Source: an uncultured Sphingomonas sp. (GTDB taxonomy: Bacteria; Pseudomonadota; Alphaproteobacteria; Sphingomonadales; Sphingomonadaceae). From it: a stretch of 64,000 nucleotides of DNA. The position numbers and the translations under genes are program-made. Below are positions 51,446-60,633 of the stretch, in pieces. The notes beneath the pieces are model-generated. The model made no database searches. It saw only the letters and a list, made by a program, of their open reading frames with translations, and had not been told where the DNA came from. The stretch spans positions 8,669-72,668 of the forward strand of contig CAJYLT010000042.1 in the NCBI GenBank assembly GCA_913775795.1. Direction: 5' to 3'. Position 1 is the first letter of the stretch. Every line of letters starts with the position of its first letter.

Positions 51446-52222
51446 TCAACGGGCGGCGGCGAGGGGTGAGCGGACCGGAATGCCCGCTGCGGCGAGTGCC
51501 CGGTGTGCGTCCGCAATGCTCGCCTCGCCGAAATGGAAGATAGAGGCGGCGAGCACTGCGCTCGCGCCGCCGTCGCGGATGCCGGCGACGAGGTCGTCCA
51601 GCCCGCCGACGCCGCCGCTGGCGACCACGGGCACCGGCGCCTGTCCGGCGATCGTGCGGATGAGAGCGAGGTCGTAGCCGCGCTTTGTCCCGTCGCGATC
51701 CATCGACGTGACGAGCAGTTCGCCTGCGCCGAGCTCGACCAGCCGCAGCGCGTGCTCCACCGCGTCGATGCCCGTCGCGCGGCGGCCGCCATGGGTGAAG
51801 ACTTCCCAGCGATCCTCGACGCGCCGCGCATCGACCGAGGCGACGACGCACTGGCTGCCGAAGCGTTCGGCGATGTCGGAGACAACTTCGGGCCGGGTGA
51901 CGGCGGCGGAATTGACCGCGACCTTGTCCGCGCCGGCGAGGAGAAGCGCGCGCGCGTCCTCGGCCGAACGCACCCCGCCGCCGACGGTCAGCGGCATGAA
52001 GCAGACCTCGGCCGTACGGCGCACGACGTCCAGGATCGTCCCGCGCGCCTCATGGCTGGCGGTGATGTCGAGGAAGCAGAGCTCGTCCGCCCCCGCCGCG
52101 TCATAGGCGCGTGCCTGTTCCACCGGATCGCCCGCGTCGATCAGGTCGACGAAATTGACACCCTTCACCACGCGGCCGTTCGCCACGTCGAGGCAGGGTA
52201 TGACGCGCGCGCGGACGGTCAC
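51446..52222 (-). CDS. hisF: Imidazole glycerol phosphate synthase cyclase subunit
   Basis: [41 protein letters not shown]. Confidence 0.98.
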   Translation of the reverse strand: MTVRARVIPCLDVANGRVVKGVNFVDLIDAGDPVEQARAYDAAGADELCFLDITASHEARGTILDVVRRTAEVCFMPLTVGGGVRSAEDARALLLAGADKVAVNSAAVTRPEVVSDIAERFGSQCVVASVDARRVEDRWEVFTHGGRRATGIDAVEHALRLVELGAGELLVTSMDRDGTKRGYDLALIRTIAGQAPVPVVASGGVGGLDDLVAGIRDGGASAVLAASIFHFGEASIADAHRALAAAGIPVRSPLAAAR

Positions 52223-52953
52223 GCGGCAGCGACCCGGATCGCCTCGGCAAGGTCGAGGCGCCCGTCATAGAGCGCTCGGCCGGTGATGACGCCGGTCACG
52301 CCGCCCTCGACATGCGGGCGGAGCGCGTGAATGTCCTCGATCCCCGCAACCCCGCCCGATGCGATCACGGGGATCGACACCGCCTTGGCGAGTGCCACCG
52401 TCGCCTCGACATTGCAGCCCTTGAGCAGGCCGTCGCGGCCCACGTCGGTGAAGAGCAAGGCGGCGACGCCGGCATCCTCGAACCGGCGCGACAGGTCCTC
52501 GACCGACACGTCGGACACGTCCGCCCAGCCCTCGGTCGCGACCATGCCGTCGCGCGCATCCACGGCGACGACGATCGCGCCGGGATGCGCCTTCGCCGCG
52601 GCCTTCACGAAATCGGGATTCTTGAGCGCGGCGGTGCCGATGACGACGCGCGCGACGCCGAGCGCCAGCCACCGGTCGACGGAGGCCATGTCGCGGATCC
52701 CGCCGCCCACCTGCACGCGGCCGGGGAAGGCGGCGACGGCGGCACGCACCGCCTCGCCATTCACCGAATCGCCCGCGAACGCGCCGTCGAGGTCGACGAC
52801 GTGGAGATGGTCGGCACCCGCTTCCGCGAACAGCTTCGCCTGCGCCGCCGGATCGTCGCCATAGACGGTCGCACGGTCCATATCGCCCTCGGCCAGGCGC
52901 ACCACCTGTCCACGCTTCAGGTCGATCGCGGGAAAGATCGTCAGGGCCGCCAT
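52219..52953 (-). CDS. hisA: ProFAR isomerase
   Basis: [42 protein letters not shown]. Confidence 0.98.
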   Translation of the reverse strand: MAALTIFPAIDLKRGQVVRLAEGDMDRATVYGDDPAAQAKLFAEAGADHLHVVDLDGAFAGDSVNGEAVRAAVAAFPGRVQVGGGIRDMASVDRWLALGVARVVIGTAALKNPDFVKAAAKAHPGAIVVAVDARDGMVATEGWADVSDVSVEDLSRRFEDAGVAALLFTDVGRDGLLKGCNVEATVALAKAVSIPVIASGGVAGIEDIHALRPHVEGGVTGVITGRALYDGRLDLAEAIRVAAA

Positions 52954-53543
52954 GCAAGGAACCTCTCGAGCAGCGCGAGCCCATATCGCTGGCTCTTTTC
53001 GGGGTGAAACTGGATGCCGATCAGGTTGTCGCGGCCGATCGCGGCGGTGACCGGCCCGCCATGCGTCGTCGTGGCGAGCACCGACGCACCGGTGAACGCA
53101 TAGCTGTGGAGGAAGTACGCCTCGCCCGGCTCGATCAGCGGATGAGGCAGGGCGGGGACGACGTCGTTCCAGCCCATGTGCGGCACGCGGATGCCGGGCG
53201 CGTCGGGGAGGCGCGCGACGGTGCCGTCGATCCAGCCGAGGCCGGCATGGCTGCCCATTTCCTCGCCCGTGGTCGCCATCAACTGCATGCCGACACAGAT
53301 GCCGAGGAAGGGGAAGCCGCTGTCCAGCACGCGCGCCTCCATCGCCTCTATCATGCCGTCGAGTGAGGCGAGGCCGTCGCGGCAGGCGGCGAAGGCGCCG
53401 ACGCCGGGCAGGACGATGCGGTCGGCCTTTGCCACCACGTCAGGGTCGGCGGTGATGGCGATGTCGGTCGCCCCCGCCGCCTTCAGCGCGTTGTGGACCG
53501 AATGGAGATTGCCCGCGCCGTAGTCGATCAGCGCGGTGGTCAC
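52941..53543 (-). CDS. hisH: Imidazole glycerol phosphate synthase glutaminase subunit
   Basis: IDYGAGNL.SV, LPGVG, GICVGMQ, PHMGWN, QFHPEKS. Confidence 0.98.
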   Translation of the reverse strand: MTTALIDYGAGNLHSVHNALKAAGATDIAITADPDVVAKADRIVLPGVGAFAACRDGLASLDGMIEAMEARVLDSGFPFLGICVGMQLMATTGEEMGSHAGLGWIDGTVARLPDAPGIRVPHMGWNDVVPALPHPLIEPGEAYFLHSYAFTGASVLATTTHGGPVTAAIGRDNLIGIQFHPEKSQRYGLALLERFLAWRP

Positions 53544-53842
53544 GTCAGGACCGCCGCCAGCGCATCGTCGGCGAGGTTGGCGGGGAAGCCGACGAGCTCG
53601 ATCGTCGCGCCGCCGCCGGTGACGAACGGATCACTCTCCGCCACCGGCCGTACATTCTCGGGCGTGCCGCGGAACAGGAGGACGCCGCCCTCCGCATCGT
53701 CGCGCCGTCCGGCGAGCAGCATCACACCCGCATCGATCGCCTCGCGTATCCACTCGACATGCGCGGGCCGCAGCCGCTCGATCGCCGCCATGTCGACATA
53801 GGTCAGCAGGACGAGCGTCAGCGGGGTCGCGGGGCGAATCAT
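53540..53842 (-). CDS. YciI family protein
   Basis: RP.H..W, LAG.R, GG, DPF motifs; coupled within the his operon. Confidence 0.85.
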   Translation of the reverse strand: MIRPATPLTLVLLTYVDMAAIERLRPAHVEWIREAIDAGVMLLAGRRDDAEGGVLLFRGTPENVRPVAESDPFVTGGGATIELVGFPANLADDALAAVLT

Positions 53843-54429
53843 CAGAGCACGCCCTTGGTTGAGGGGATGACGCCCGCCTTGCGCGGGTCGATCTCCGCCG
53901 CTTCGCGCAGCGCACGGGCGAGTCCCTTGAACGCGCTTTCGGCGATGTGGTGGTTGTTCTCGCCGTACAGCGTCTCGACGTGAAGCGTCAGGCCGGCAGT
54001 CTGCGCGAAGCTGTGGAAGAAATGCTGGAACAGCTCGGTATCCATCTCGCCAAGCCGCGTCTGAGTGAACGCGGTCTTCCAGACCAGCCACGGACGGCCC
54101 GAAATGTCGACCGCGACGCGCGTCAGCGTCTCGTCCATCGGCGAGTGCGCATCGGCGTAGCGGCGGATGCCGCGCTTGTCGCCCAGTGCCTTGGCCACCG
54201 CCTCTCCCAGCGCCAGCGCCGAATCCTCAACGGTGTGATGCTGGTCGATGTGGAGGTCGCCCTCGCACTTCAGGCGGATGTCGATCAGCGAGTGGCGAGC
54301 GAGCTGTTCCAGCATGTGATCGAAGAAACCGACGCCGGTCTCGATCGCATACTGGCCGGTGCCTTCGAGATTGACCTCGACCTCGATCCGCGTTTCGCTG
54401 GTGTGGCGGCTGACGGTGGCGGTGCGCAT
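53842..54429 (-). CDS. hisB: Imidazoleglycerol-phosphate dehydratase
   Basis: [38 protein letters not shown]. Confidence 0.98.
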   Translation of the reverse strand: MRTATVSRHTSETRIEVEVNLEGTGQYAIETGVGFFDHMLEQLARHSLIDIRLKCEGDLHIDQHHTVEDSALALGEAVAKALGDKRGIRRYADAHSPMDETLTRVAVDISGRPWLVWKTAFTQTRLGEMDTELFQHFFHSFAQTAGLTLHVETLYGENNHHIAESAFKGLARALREAAEIDPRKAGVIPSTKGVL

Positions 54430-54435
54430 GGGGGC

Positions 54436-54504
54436 CACATAGCGCTTCGCCGGGGGCATGCAACGCTACAGCCGCCTTGACCGGCGCGGGCAGGGCGCTA
54501 GCTA
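54436..54504. promoter_or_regulatory. Back-to-back sigma70-like promoters of hisB and sspB, probably giving leaderless mRNAs
   Basis: Minus strand TTGCAT-16-TATGTG-6-ATG; plus strand TTGACC-16-TAGCTA-6-ATG. Confidence 0.55.
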
Positions 54505-54510
54505 GGGGGC

Positions 54511-54999
54511 ATGACCGGCAGCACCATCCCCGACAGCCTGATTCCGTATGACGAGATCGTCCAGGAGGCACTGCGTGCGGTCGTCGGCCGCGTGCTCGGC
54601 TCGGTCGCGCAGACCGGCGGGCTGCCCGGCAACCACCATTTCTATATCACCTTCAAGACGCAGGCGCCCGGTGTCGACATTCCGCAGCGGCTGATCGACC
54701 GGTTCCCGGACGAGATGACGATCGTGCTCCAGCACCGCTTCTGGGACTTGAAGGTGGACGACACGCGGTTCAGCGTCGGCCTGAGCTTCAATCAGGTGCC
54801 GTCGATGCTCGACATTCCGTTCTCGGCGATCACCGGCTTCCACGATCCGGCGGTCAATTTCGAGCTGCGTTTCCAGGCGTCTGACGTCGCCGAGGAAAGC
54901 GAGCACGAGCCGGCGGAGAATGACGGCGACACCGCGCGCGCCGCGCCGGTCGAGGATGGCTCGAACGTCGTCGCGGTGGACTTCAAGCGGAAGAAGTAG
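54511..54999 (+). CDS. sspB: ClpXP adaptor SspB, alphaproteobacterial type
   Basis: GLPG.HHFYITF.T, MTIVLQH.FWDL, F.DP.V.F.L.F, C-terminal VVAVDF.RKK. Confidence 0.92.
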   Translation: MTGSTIPDSLIPYDEIVQEALRAVVGRVLGSVAQTGGLPGNHHFYITFKTQAPGVDIPQRLIDRFPDEMTIVLQHRFWDLKVDDTRFSVGLSFNQVPSMLDIPFSAITGFHDPAVNFELRFQASDVAEESEHEPAENDGDTARAAPVEDGSNVVAVDFKRKK

Positions 55000-55351
55000 A
55001 CGGCGCCTCCGCCACGGCGATTTCGTCGCGGCGGTTCGGATAGTCGTGCAGGACCATCGGCCGCAGCCGCACGCCCAGGCTGATGACCAGCGGCCAGAAC
55101 AGCGTGTTGCCGATATCGGCGAGCGTGTCGTCCAGCCGCAGACCGTAATGCAGATAATCGAGCAGCTCGTTGCCGAACTCGGCGACGACGACCACGCCGA
55201 ACGGGATGAACGATCCGAGCGACCGGCGCGACACCAGCCGGACGATCAGCAGGATCGCCAGGCCCGCATGGATATGAAGGATCGCGTCGGGAAGGCCGGT
55301 GCCGTCGCCGATCCACTCGATCCAGCTGTGGTAGATGCCGGGAATGTCCAT
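54983..55351 (-). CDS. Hypothetical membrane protein
   Basis: Hydrophobic, LHIHAG and NE.LD, DI.NTLFWP motifs; GC-typical coding pattern. Confidence 0.7.
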   Translation of the reverse strand: MDIPGIYHSWIEWIGDGTGLPDAILHIHAGLAILLIVRLVSRRSLGSFIPFGVVVVAEFGNELLDYLHYGLRLDDTLADIGNTLFWPLVISLGVRLRPMVLHDYPNRRDEIAVAEAPSTSSA

Positions 55352-55427
55352 GCCCCGCTTTCGCCGGGCGGCGCCGCGGGTTCAAGCCCGCATGTGCCCG
55401 CCGCCGCCGCGAACGCGACGGGCGGCG

Positions 55428-55571
55428 TCAGTGGCCGTAGCGCTTGATGCCGCGACGGCGCAGGTTTTCACGCCGCCGCTTGCTGATCGTCACCGTCAGC
55501 CAGGGGATCGCGATGACGACGATCGCACCCAGAATTCCGTAAGCGACGATCTCGCGCGTCGTGTCGAACAA
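55428..55571 (-). CDS. Small single-TM protein with a basic tail (47 aa)
   Basis: TTG start after GGAG; one TM, then KRRRENLRRRGIKRYGH. Confidence 0.6.
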   Translation of the reverse strand: MFDTTREIVAYGILGAIVVIAIPWLTVTISKRRRENLRRRGIKRYGH

Positions 55572-55753
55572 GGCGTAACTCCGCAAACCACTGTCTTTAA
55601 ACTGTCGCTTATTCAGCACGCACGACCGCGACGTACAAGCGCGCTTTGTCCGGAAACGCGCCGAGCCGGGCTGCGGCGCCGATGCCGCGAGGCGGAGCCG
55701 CCGGCCGATGCGGGCGTTGGATGACCCGATGCTGAACCGAAGGGGAGGGCGCC

Positions 55754-57145
55754 GTGAACGAAACCCGTAGCGAAACCGATTCGATTGGCGCGATCGACGT
55801 GCCCGCCGCCGCCTATTGGGGTGCGCAGACGCAGCGATCGATCGAAAACTTCCCGTTCGGCCCGGCCGAGCGGATGCCGATCGGCATCGTCCATGCGCTC
55901 GCGCTGGTGAAGCAGGCGGCGGCACGCGTGAACCGGCGCCACGGGCTGGAGGCGGAGAAGGCCGACGCGATCGAGGCCGCGGCGGCCGAAGTCGCCTCGG
56001 GCGCGCTCGATGACCAGTTTCCGCTCGTCATCTGGCAGACGGGCAGCGGCACGCAGAGCAACATGAACGTCAACGAGGTGATCGCCGGCCGCGCGAACGA
56101 GGCGCTGACGGGGCGGCGCGGCGGCAAGTCACCCGTCCACCCCAATGACGACGTCAATCGCGGCCAGTCCTCGAACGACAGCTTCCCCACCGCACTGCAT
56201 ATCGCCGCGAGCCTGGCGGCCCATCAGCGCCTGTTCCCCGCGCTCGATCGCCTCCGCGCCGCGATCGAGGCGAAGGCGGCGGCGTGGGACGGGATCGTCA
56301 AGATCGGCCGCACGCATCTTCAGGACGCGACGCCGCTGACGCTGGGGCAGGAGTTTTCGGGCTATGCGGCGCAGCTATGGCTGGCGGGGCAACGGATCGA
56401 GCCGGCGATCGAACAGGGCACCAACCGACTGGCGCAGGGCGGAACGGCGGTCGGCACCGGTCTCAACGCGCCCGCCAACTTCGCGCGCGATTTCTGTGCC
56501 GAGGTGAGCGGGCTGACCGGCATAGCCTTTACCCCGGCGGACAATATGTTCGAGGCGCTGGCATCGAACGATCCGCTGGTCCACCTGTCGGGTACGCTGA
56601 GCGGCCTTGCGGTCGCGCTGACCAAGATCGCCAACGATATCCGCCTGCTCGGCTCTGGCCCGCGATCGGGGCTGGGCGAGCTCGACCTGCCCGCGAACGA
56701 GCCGGGCAGCTCGATCATGCCGGGTAAGGTCAACCCGACCCAGTGCGAGATGCTGACGATGGTCGCGGCGCAGGTGATGGGCAATCACGCCGCGATCACC
56801 ATCGGCGGGCTGCAGGGGCATCTGGAGCTCAACGTGTTCAAGCCGCTGATCGGTGCGAACGTCCTGCGCTCGATCGACCTGCTCGCCACCGCGATGGAGG
56901 GATTTGCAGAACGCTGCGTCGACGGGCTCGAGGCGAACGAGCGGCGGATCGCCGAGCTGGTCGATCGCTCGCTGATGCTCGTCACCGCGCTCGCGCCCGA
57001 GATCGGCTACGACAACGCCGCGAAGATCGCCAAGCATGCCCATACCGAGGGATTGACGCTCAGGGAGGCGGGGCTGGCGCTCGGCCTGGTCGACGAGGCG
57101 ACGTTCGACCGTGTGGTGCGGCCGGAGGCGATGACGGGACGCTGA
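55754..57145 (+). CDS. fumC: Class II fumarate hydratase
   Basis: WQTGSGT..NMN, HPND.VN..QSSND, GRTHLQDA, GSSIMPGKVNPTQ. Confidence 0.98.
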   Translation: MNETRSETDSIGAIDVPAAAYWGAQTQRSIENFPFGPAERMPIGIVHALALVKQAAARVNRRHGLEAEKADAIEAAAAEVASGALDDQFPLVIWQTGSGTQSNMNVNEVIAGRANEALTGRRGGKSPVHPNDDVNRGQSSNDSFPTALHIAASLAAHQRLFPALDRLRAAIEAKAAAWDGIVKIGRTHLQDATPLTLGQEFSGYAAQLWLAGQRIEPAIEQGTNRLAQGGTAVGTGLNAPANFARDFCAEVSGLTGIAFTPADNMFEALASNDPLVHLSGTLSGLAVALTKIANDIRLLGSGPRSGLGELDLPANEPGSSIMPGKVNPTQCEMLTMVAAQVMGNHAAITIGGLQGHLELNVFKPLIGANVLRSIDLLATAMEGFAERCVDGLEANERRIAELVDRSLMLVTALAPEIGYDNAAKIAKHAHTEGLTLREAGLALGLVDEATFDRVVRPEAMTGR

Positions 57146-57208
57146 CGGAACCGGCGCGATCCGTCGCCGTTACGATCGCTCTGACACGCAGAACGAAGGA
57201 TGGTTTCC

Positions 57209-57424
57209 ATGGGTGCGACGACCCTCGGCGCGCTGGTCGGCGCGGCGATCGACGGGATGAGCGGTGACGACGGCGTCGGCGACGGCGCGGTCATCGGTGC
57301 GATCACGGCGAACGTGCTCAAGGTCGCGGTGCCCGTCGCGCTGACCTACGCGGTCGGCTGGGCGGTGCTCTACGGCGTGGGCCAAGCTTTCGATACCATC
57401 ACGGGCAAGGAACAACGGGCATGA
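57209..57424 (+). CDS. Small glycine-zipper membrane protein
   Basis: GAAGGA RBS, GALVGAAID..GDGAVIGA; ATGA overlap with the next gene. Confidence 0.65.
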   Translation: MGATTLGALVGAAIDGMSGDDGVGDGAVIGAITANVLKVAVPVALTYAVGWAVLYGVGQAFDTITGKEQRA

Positions 57425-57618
57425 TCAAGCAGATTATCGGTGCGCTGGTCGGGCGCGAGATCGACCGCCGCGACGGTCGCGGCGGCGTCAAGGGTGCGGC
57501 GATGGGCTATGCCGCGGGCAGCCTGCTGCGTCGCATGGGGCCGCTCGGCACGATTCTGGGCGCGGCTTATGTGGGCAAGAAGGCGTATGACCGCCGCAAG
57601 GGTCGCCGTCCCTTCTGA
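57421..57618 (+). CDS. Small basic glycine-zipper protein
   Basis: IIGALVG..ID..GG.KGAA.G; translationally coupled to the upstream gene. Confidence 0.7.
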   Translation: MIKQIIGALVGREIDRRDGRGGVKGAAMGYAAGSLLRRMGPLGTILGAAYVGKKAYDRRKGRRPF

Positions 57619-57693
57619 TTTGGCACTCTTCTGATTAGGCGCGGGGCGGGCAGGGGTCTTGACCTTGACCGCCCCGCACCGCCAAAGGCGCGC

Positions 57694-58347
57694 ATGGCGC
57701 AATCCACCGACTCCGACCCGCATGGCATGAAGCGTAGGGGCGTCTTGTTCGTCCTTTCGTCACCCTCGGGCGCGGGAAAGTCGACGATCGCGCGCAAGTT
57801 GCTGGCCGAGGACGACGACCTTCAGATGTCGGTGTCGGCCACCACCCGAGCGATGCGGCCGGGCGAGGTCGACGGGCGCGACTATCATTTCGTCGATCTC
57901 GAGCGGTTTCGCGCCATGGTGTCGAACCACGAGTTCCTCGAATGGGCGCACGTGTTCGACCACCGCTACGGCACGCCGCGCCAGCAGGTCGAGGATATCC
58001 TCGCCTCTGGCCGCGACGTGTTGTTCGATATCGACTGGCAGGGCGCGCAGCAGCTGTTTCAGATCGCCGGCGGCGACGTGGTCCGCGTCTTCATCCTGCC
58101 GCCGTCGATGGAGGAGCTGCACCGCCGTCTGGTCGCGCGCGCGACCGATAGCGAGGCGGTGATCGACGCGCGCATGAACCGCGCGGCGGCAGAGGTCAGC
58201 CACTGGGACGGGTACGACTATGTGCTCGTCAACGACGATGTCGAGCATTGCTACGACTGCGTGCGCACGATCCTGAAGGCCGAGCGGCTGAAGCGGTCGC
58301 GCCAGACCGGGCTGATCGGCTTCATCCGGTCGATGCTGAAGAACTAG
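57694..58347 (+). CDS. gmk: Guanylate kinase
   Basis: SSPSGAGKST, SATTR.MRPGE.DG.DYHFV, DIDWQG, ILPPS. Confidence 0.98.
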   Translation: MAQSTDSDPHGMKRRGVLFVLSSPSGAGKSTIARKLLAEDDDLQMSVSATTRAMRPGEVDGRDYHFVDLERFRAMVSNHEFLEWAHVFDHRYGTPRQQVEDILASGRDVLFDIDWQGAQQLFQIAGGDVVRVFILPPSMEELHRRLVARATDSEAVIDARMNRAAAEVSHWDGYDYVLVNDDVEHCYDCVRTILKAERLKRSRQTGLIGFIRSMLKN

Positions 58348-58997
58348 CCCCGTGCCGCGTGTGCCTGCGCGCGCGCGATCAACTGATCCAGATCCTCGCG
58401 GGCGATGTCGAAGCTCTCGTGCATCTCCGCCAGCGCCGCGTCGATATCGGCTGGCAGGATGCCGCTCGCCGGCTTGGGTGCCGGCACCGGACGATGCGGA
58501 TAGCTGCGTCGCGTCACCCGGTGAAAGGCGAGCCCCGCCACCACCAGTGCGAGCGAATTGAGCGCGACGGGCGCCAGCGCGAACCCGAACCCTGCCTCAT
58601 GCACCGCCGCCCCGCCGATGACCGCGGTCAGCGCCGCCGCCCCGCCGGGCGGGTGGAGGCAGCGGAGCAGCGACATGACGAGGATCGCTGCGGCGACCGC
58701 GACCCCGGCGGCGACCATCGGGTCGGGCAGCAGTCGCCAGACGGCGACGCCGACGAGCGCGGAAATCGTGTTGCCGCCGATCACCGGCCATGGCTGTGCC
58801 AGCGGGCTGGCCGGCACGGCAAAGACCAGCACCGCCGACGCACCGAGCGGCGCGACGATCGCCGGGAGCGTGCCATGCGGCGCCAGCATCCCGGCGAGAT
58901 AGGTAAGCGCGATGCCGACACCCGCGCCGAGACAGGCGATCAGGCGTTCGGAGAGCGTGGCGCCGGCGAGCAGCGGCCTGAAGAGATGCAGCGGCAT
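58344..58997 (-). CDS. HPP family membrane protein
   Basis: GASAVL.FA.P.SPLAQPW, HPPGGA; start ATG 58997. Confidence 0.92.
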   Translation of the reverse strand: MPLHLFRPLLAGATLSERLIACLGAGVGIALTYLAGMLAPHGTLPAIVAPLGASAVLVFAVPASPLAQPWPVIGGNTISALVGVAVWRLLPDPMVAAGVAVAAAILVMSLLRCLHPPGGAAALTAVIGGAAVHEAGFGFALAPVALNSLALVVAGLAFHRVTRRSYPHRPVPAPKPASGILPADIDAALAEMHESFDIAREDLDQLIARAQAHAARG

Positions 58998-59057
58998 GAC
59001 CGCCGCGTCGCGCAAACCAGTAGCTCTTGCAAGCAAGCTCGGCTTGCCCCGCCGCAA

Positions 59058-59744
59058 TCAGGCGGCGAGGGCGTCCAGGAACCGCACCGCGCCGTCATAT
59101 TCCGCGCGCTTCGCCTCGCGTGCCTGCGCGGCGAGCGTATCCTCGCCCCATTGCTCCACCTGCCAATGCTCGTCGATCAGAGAAGCGGTCCAGATCGCAT
59201 CGGCATCGAAGGCACGCTCCGCCAGCGCCAGCGCCATCACCAGCGAGCCGGTGATCGTCGTGACGATCGACAGCGGCGCCAGCTCGAAAGCGGCGCGCGC
59301 GGCGATCGCCTCGCCCAGCCGCGCGACAGTCGCCTCGGGCTGGGCGACGTGCATGACGCCGCTCGTCACCTCGAAATGCACGTCGTAGCGACGCTGCGCC
59401 CAGGCGAGCAGCGGGTCCCACGCGGCGGCCTGGCGCGTCACCAGCGCCTGCGGTCTGTCGGCGCGGTAGCAGGTGAGGTCGCTTTCGCCGTAGCGCGCGA
59501 GGTCCGCGACGAAGCTGGCCGAATCGGGTGCGATCCGGTCGATCGCGGCGTTGGCGAGGCCGGTGAGCGGCATCGCGCGCGGGTCGATCGTCTCCCCGAC
59601 ACGGGCCCACTCGTCGGCGATCGCGTCGGCGAGCGCCTGCGTCGGCACTTTCAGTGGCGTGCGGCCGGGGGTGCGCACCGGGCGGTCATCGAGCGTGATG
59701 CCGAAGCCGGGGACGACGGCGACGTCCTGCCAGAATCGCTTCAT
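59058..59744 (-). CDS. ATP12 family chaperone
   Basis: MKRFW, LD.RPVRTP, MPLT.LAN.AID, DLTCYRA, DE.WQ..QWGED. Confidence 0.93.
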   Translation of the reverse strand: MKRFWQDVAVVPGFGITLDDRPVRTPGRTPLKVPTQALADAIADEWARVGETIDPRAMPLTGLANAAIDRIAPDSASFVADLARYGESDLTCYRADRPQALVTRQAAAWDPLLAWAQRRYDVHFEVTSGVMHVAQPEATVARLGEAIAARAAFELAPLSIVTTITGSLVMALALAERAFDADAIWTASLIDEHWQVEQWGEDTLAAQAREAKRAEYDGAVRFLDALAA

Positions 59745-59962
59745 GGCGCGGGCGGCGTCCGCCAGCGGCGCGCGAGCGAGCGCGGCAGCGTCGCCATCAC
59801 CCAAAGCGCGGCGAGCACGATCGCGAGGCCGAGGATCTGCTGCGGCAACTGATGCGCGCGGCCCATGATGAGCAGCCCGAACAGCGCGCCGCACACGGGC
59901 ACGATGCGCGCGAGGACGATCAGGTAGTAGCGGCCCATGGCCGTATCGCGGGTCGGTTCCAT
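59741..59962 (-). CDS. Small two-TM hypothetical protein
   Basis: GAGG RBS, ATGA coupling to ATP12, LARRWRTP tail. Confidence 0.7.
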   Translation of the reverse strand: MEPTRDTAMGRYYLIVLARIVPVCGALFGLLIMGRAHQLPQQILGLAIVLAALWVMATLPRSLARRWRTPPAP

Positions 59963-59967
59963 GCCTC

Positions 59968-60633
59968 TCAGTACGTTCCTTGCGCCAGCCGCATCAATTC
60001 GTCAGCGCGATCCGCGACCGCCAGTGCGCCGGCGTCGCGTAGTTCGTGCGCATCGTGATAGCCCCAGGCGACACCGATCGGCCGCACGCCCGCGGCGATG
60101 CCCATCGCCATGTCGAAGCTGGTGTCGCCGATCATCACGCTCGCCTCCAGCCCCGCGCCCGCTTCGGCGAGCGCGGCGTGGAGCATCGCGGGATGCGGCT
60201 TCGACGGATGGCGGTCGGCGGTCTGGAGCGTGACGAAACGTCGAGTCAGGCCATGATGCGCGAGGATCAGCGACAGGCCGCGGTCGGATTTGCCCGTCGC
60301 GACGCCAAGTAGCCAGCCGGCTGCCTCGAACGCGTCCAGCGCCTCGGCTACGCCGTCGAACAAAGGTTCGTCGAGCAGCCCGCCATTGCCGCGCAGGTGC
60401 TGGAACGCGCGCCTGTAATCCTCGGCCATATCCCGGTGCTGCTCGGGCGCGGCATCGGGGAGGAGCGCGGCCATCGCCTCGGTAAGGCTCAGCCCCACGA
60501 TCCGGCGGATCGCCGCGCGGTCGGGTGCGGGGAGGGCGTGGGCGGCGAAGCTCTGCTCCATCGCGATGCAGATATTCGCCTGGCTGTCGACCAGCGTGCC
60601 GTCGCAGTCGAAGACGGCGAGGCGGCGGGTCAA
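59968..60633 (-). CDS. HAD-IA family hydrolase (Gph-like)
   Basis: FDCDGTL.DS, ATGK, KPHP, IGDT.FD. Confidence 0.93.
   Translation of the reverse strand: MTRRLAVFDCDGTLVDSQANICIAMEQSFAAHALPAPDRAAIRRIVGLSLTEAMAALLPDAAPEQHRDMAEDYRRAFQHLRGNGGLLDEPLFDGVAEALDAFEAAGWLLGVATGKSDRGLSLILAHHGLTRRFVTLQTADRHPSKPHPAMLHAALAEAGAGLEASVMIGDTSFDMAMGIAAGVRPIGVAWGYHDAHELRDAGALAVADRADELMRLAQGTY

Noticed and set aside
58344-58997. HPP protein lacking C-terminal CBS domains, as a possible pseudogene
   Set aside because: CBS-less HPP proteins are common, and the ORF ends cleanly against the gmk stop
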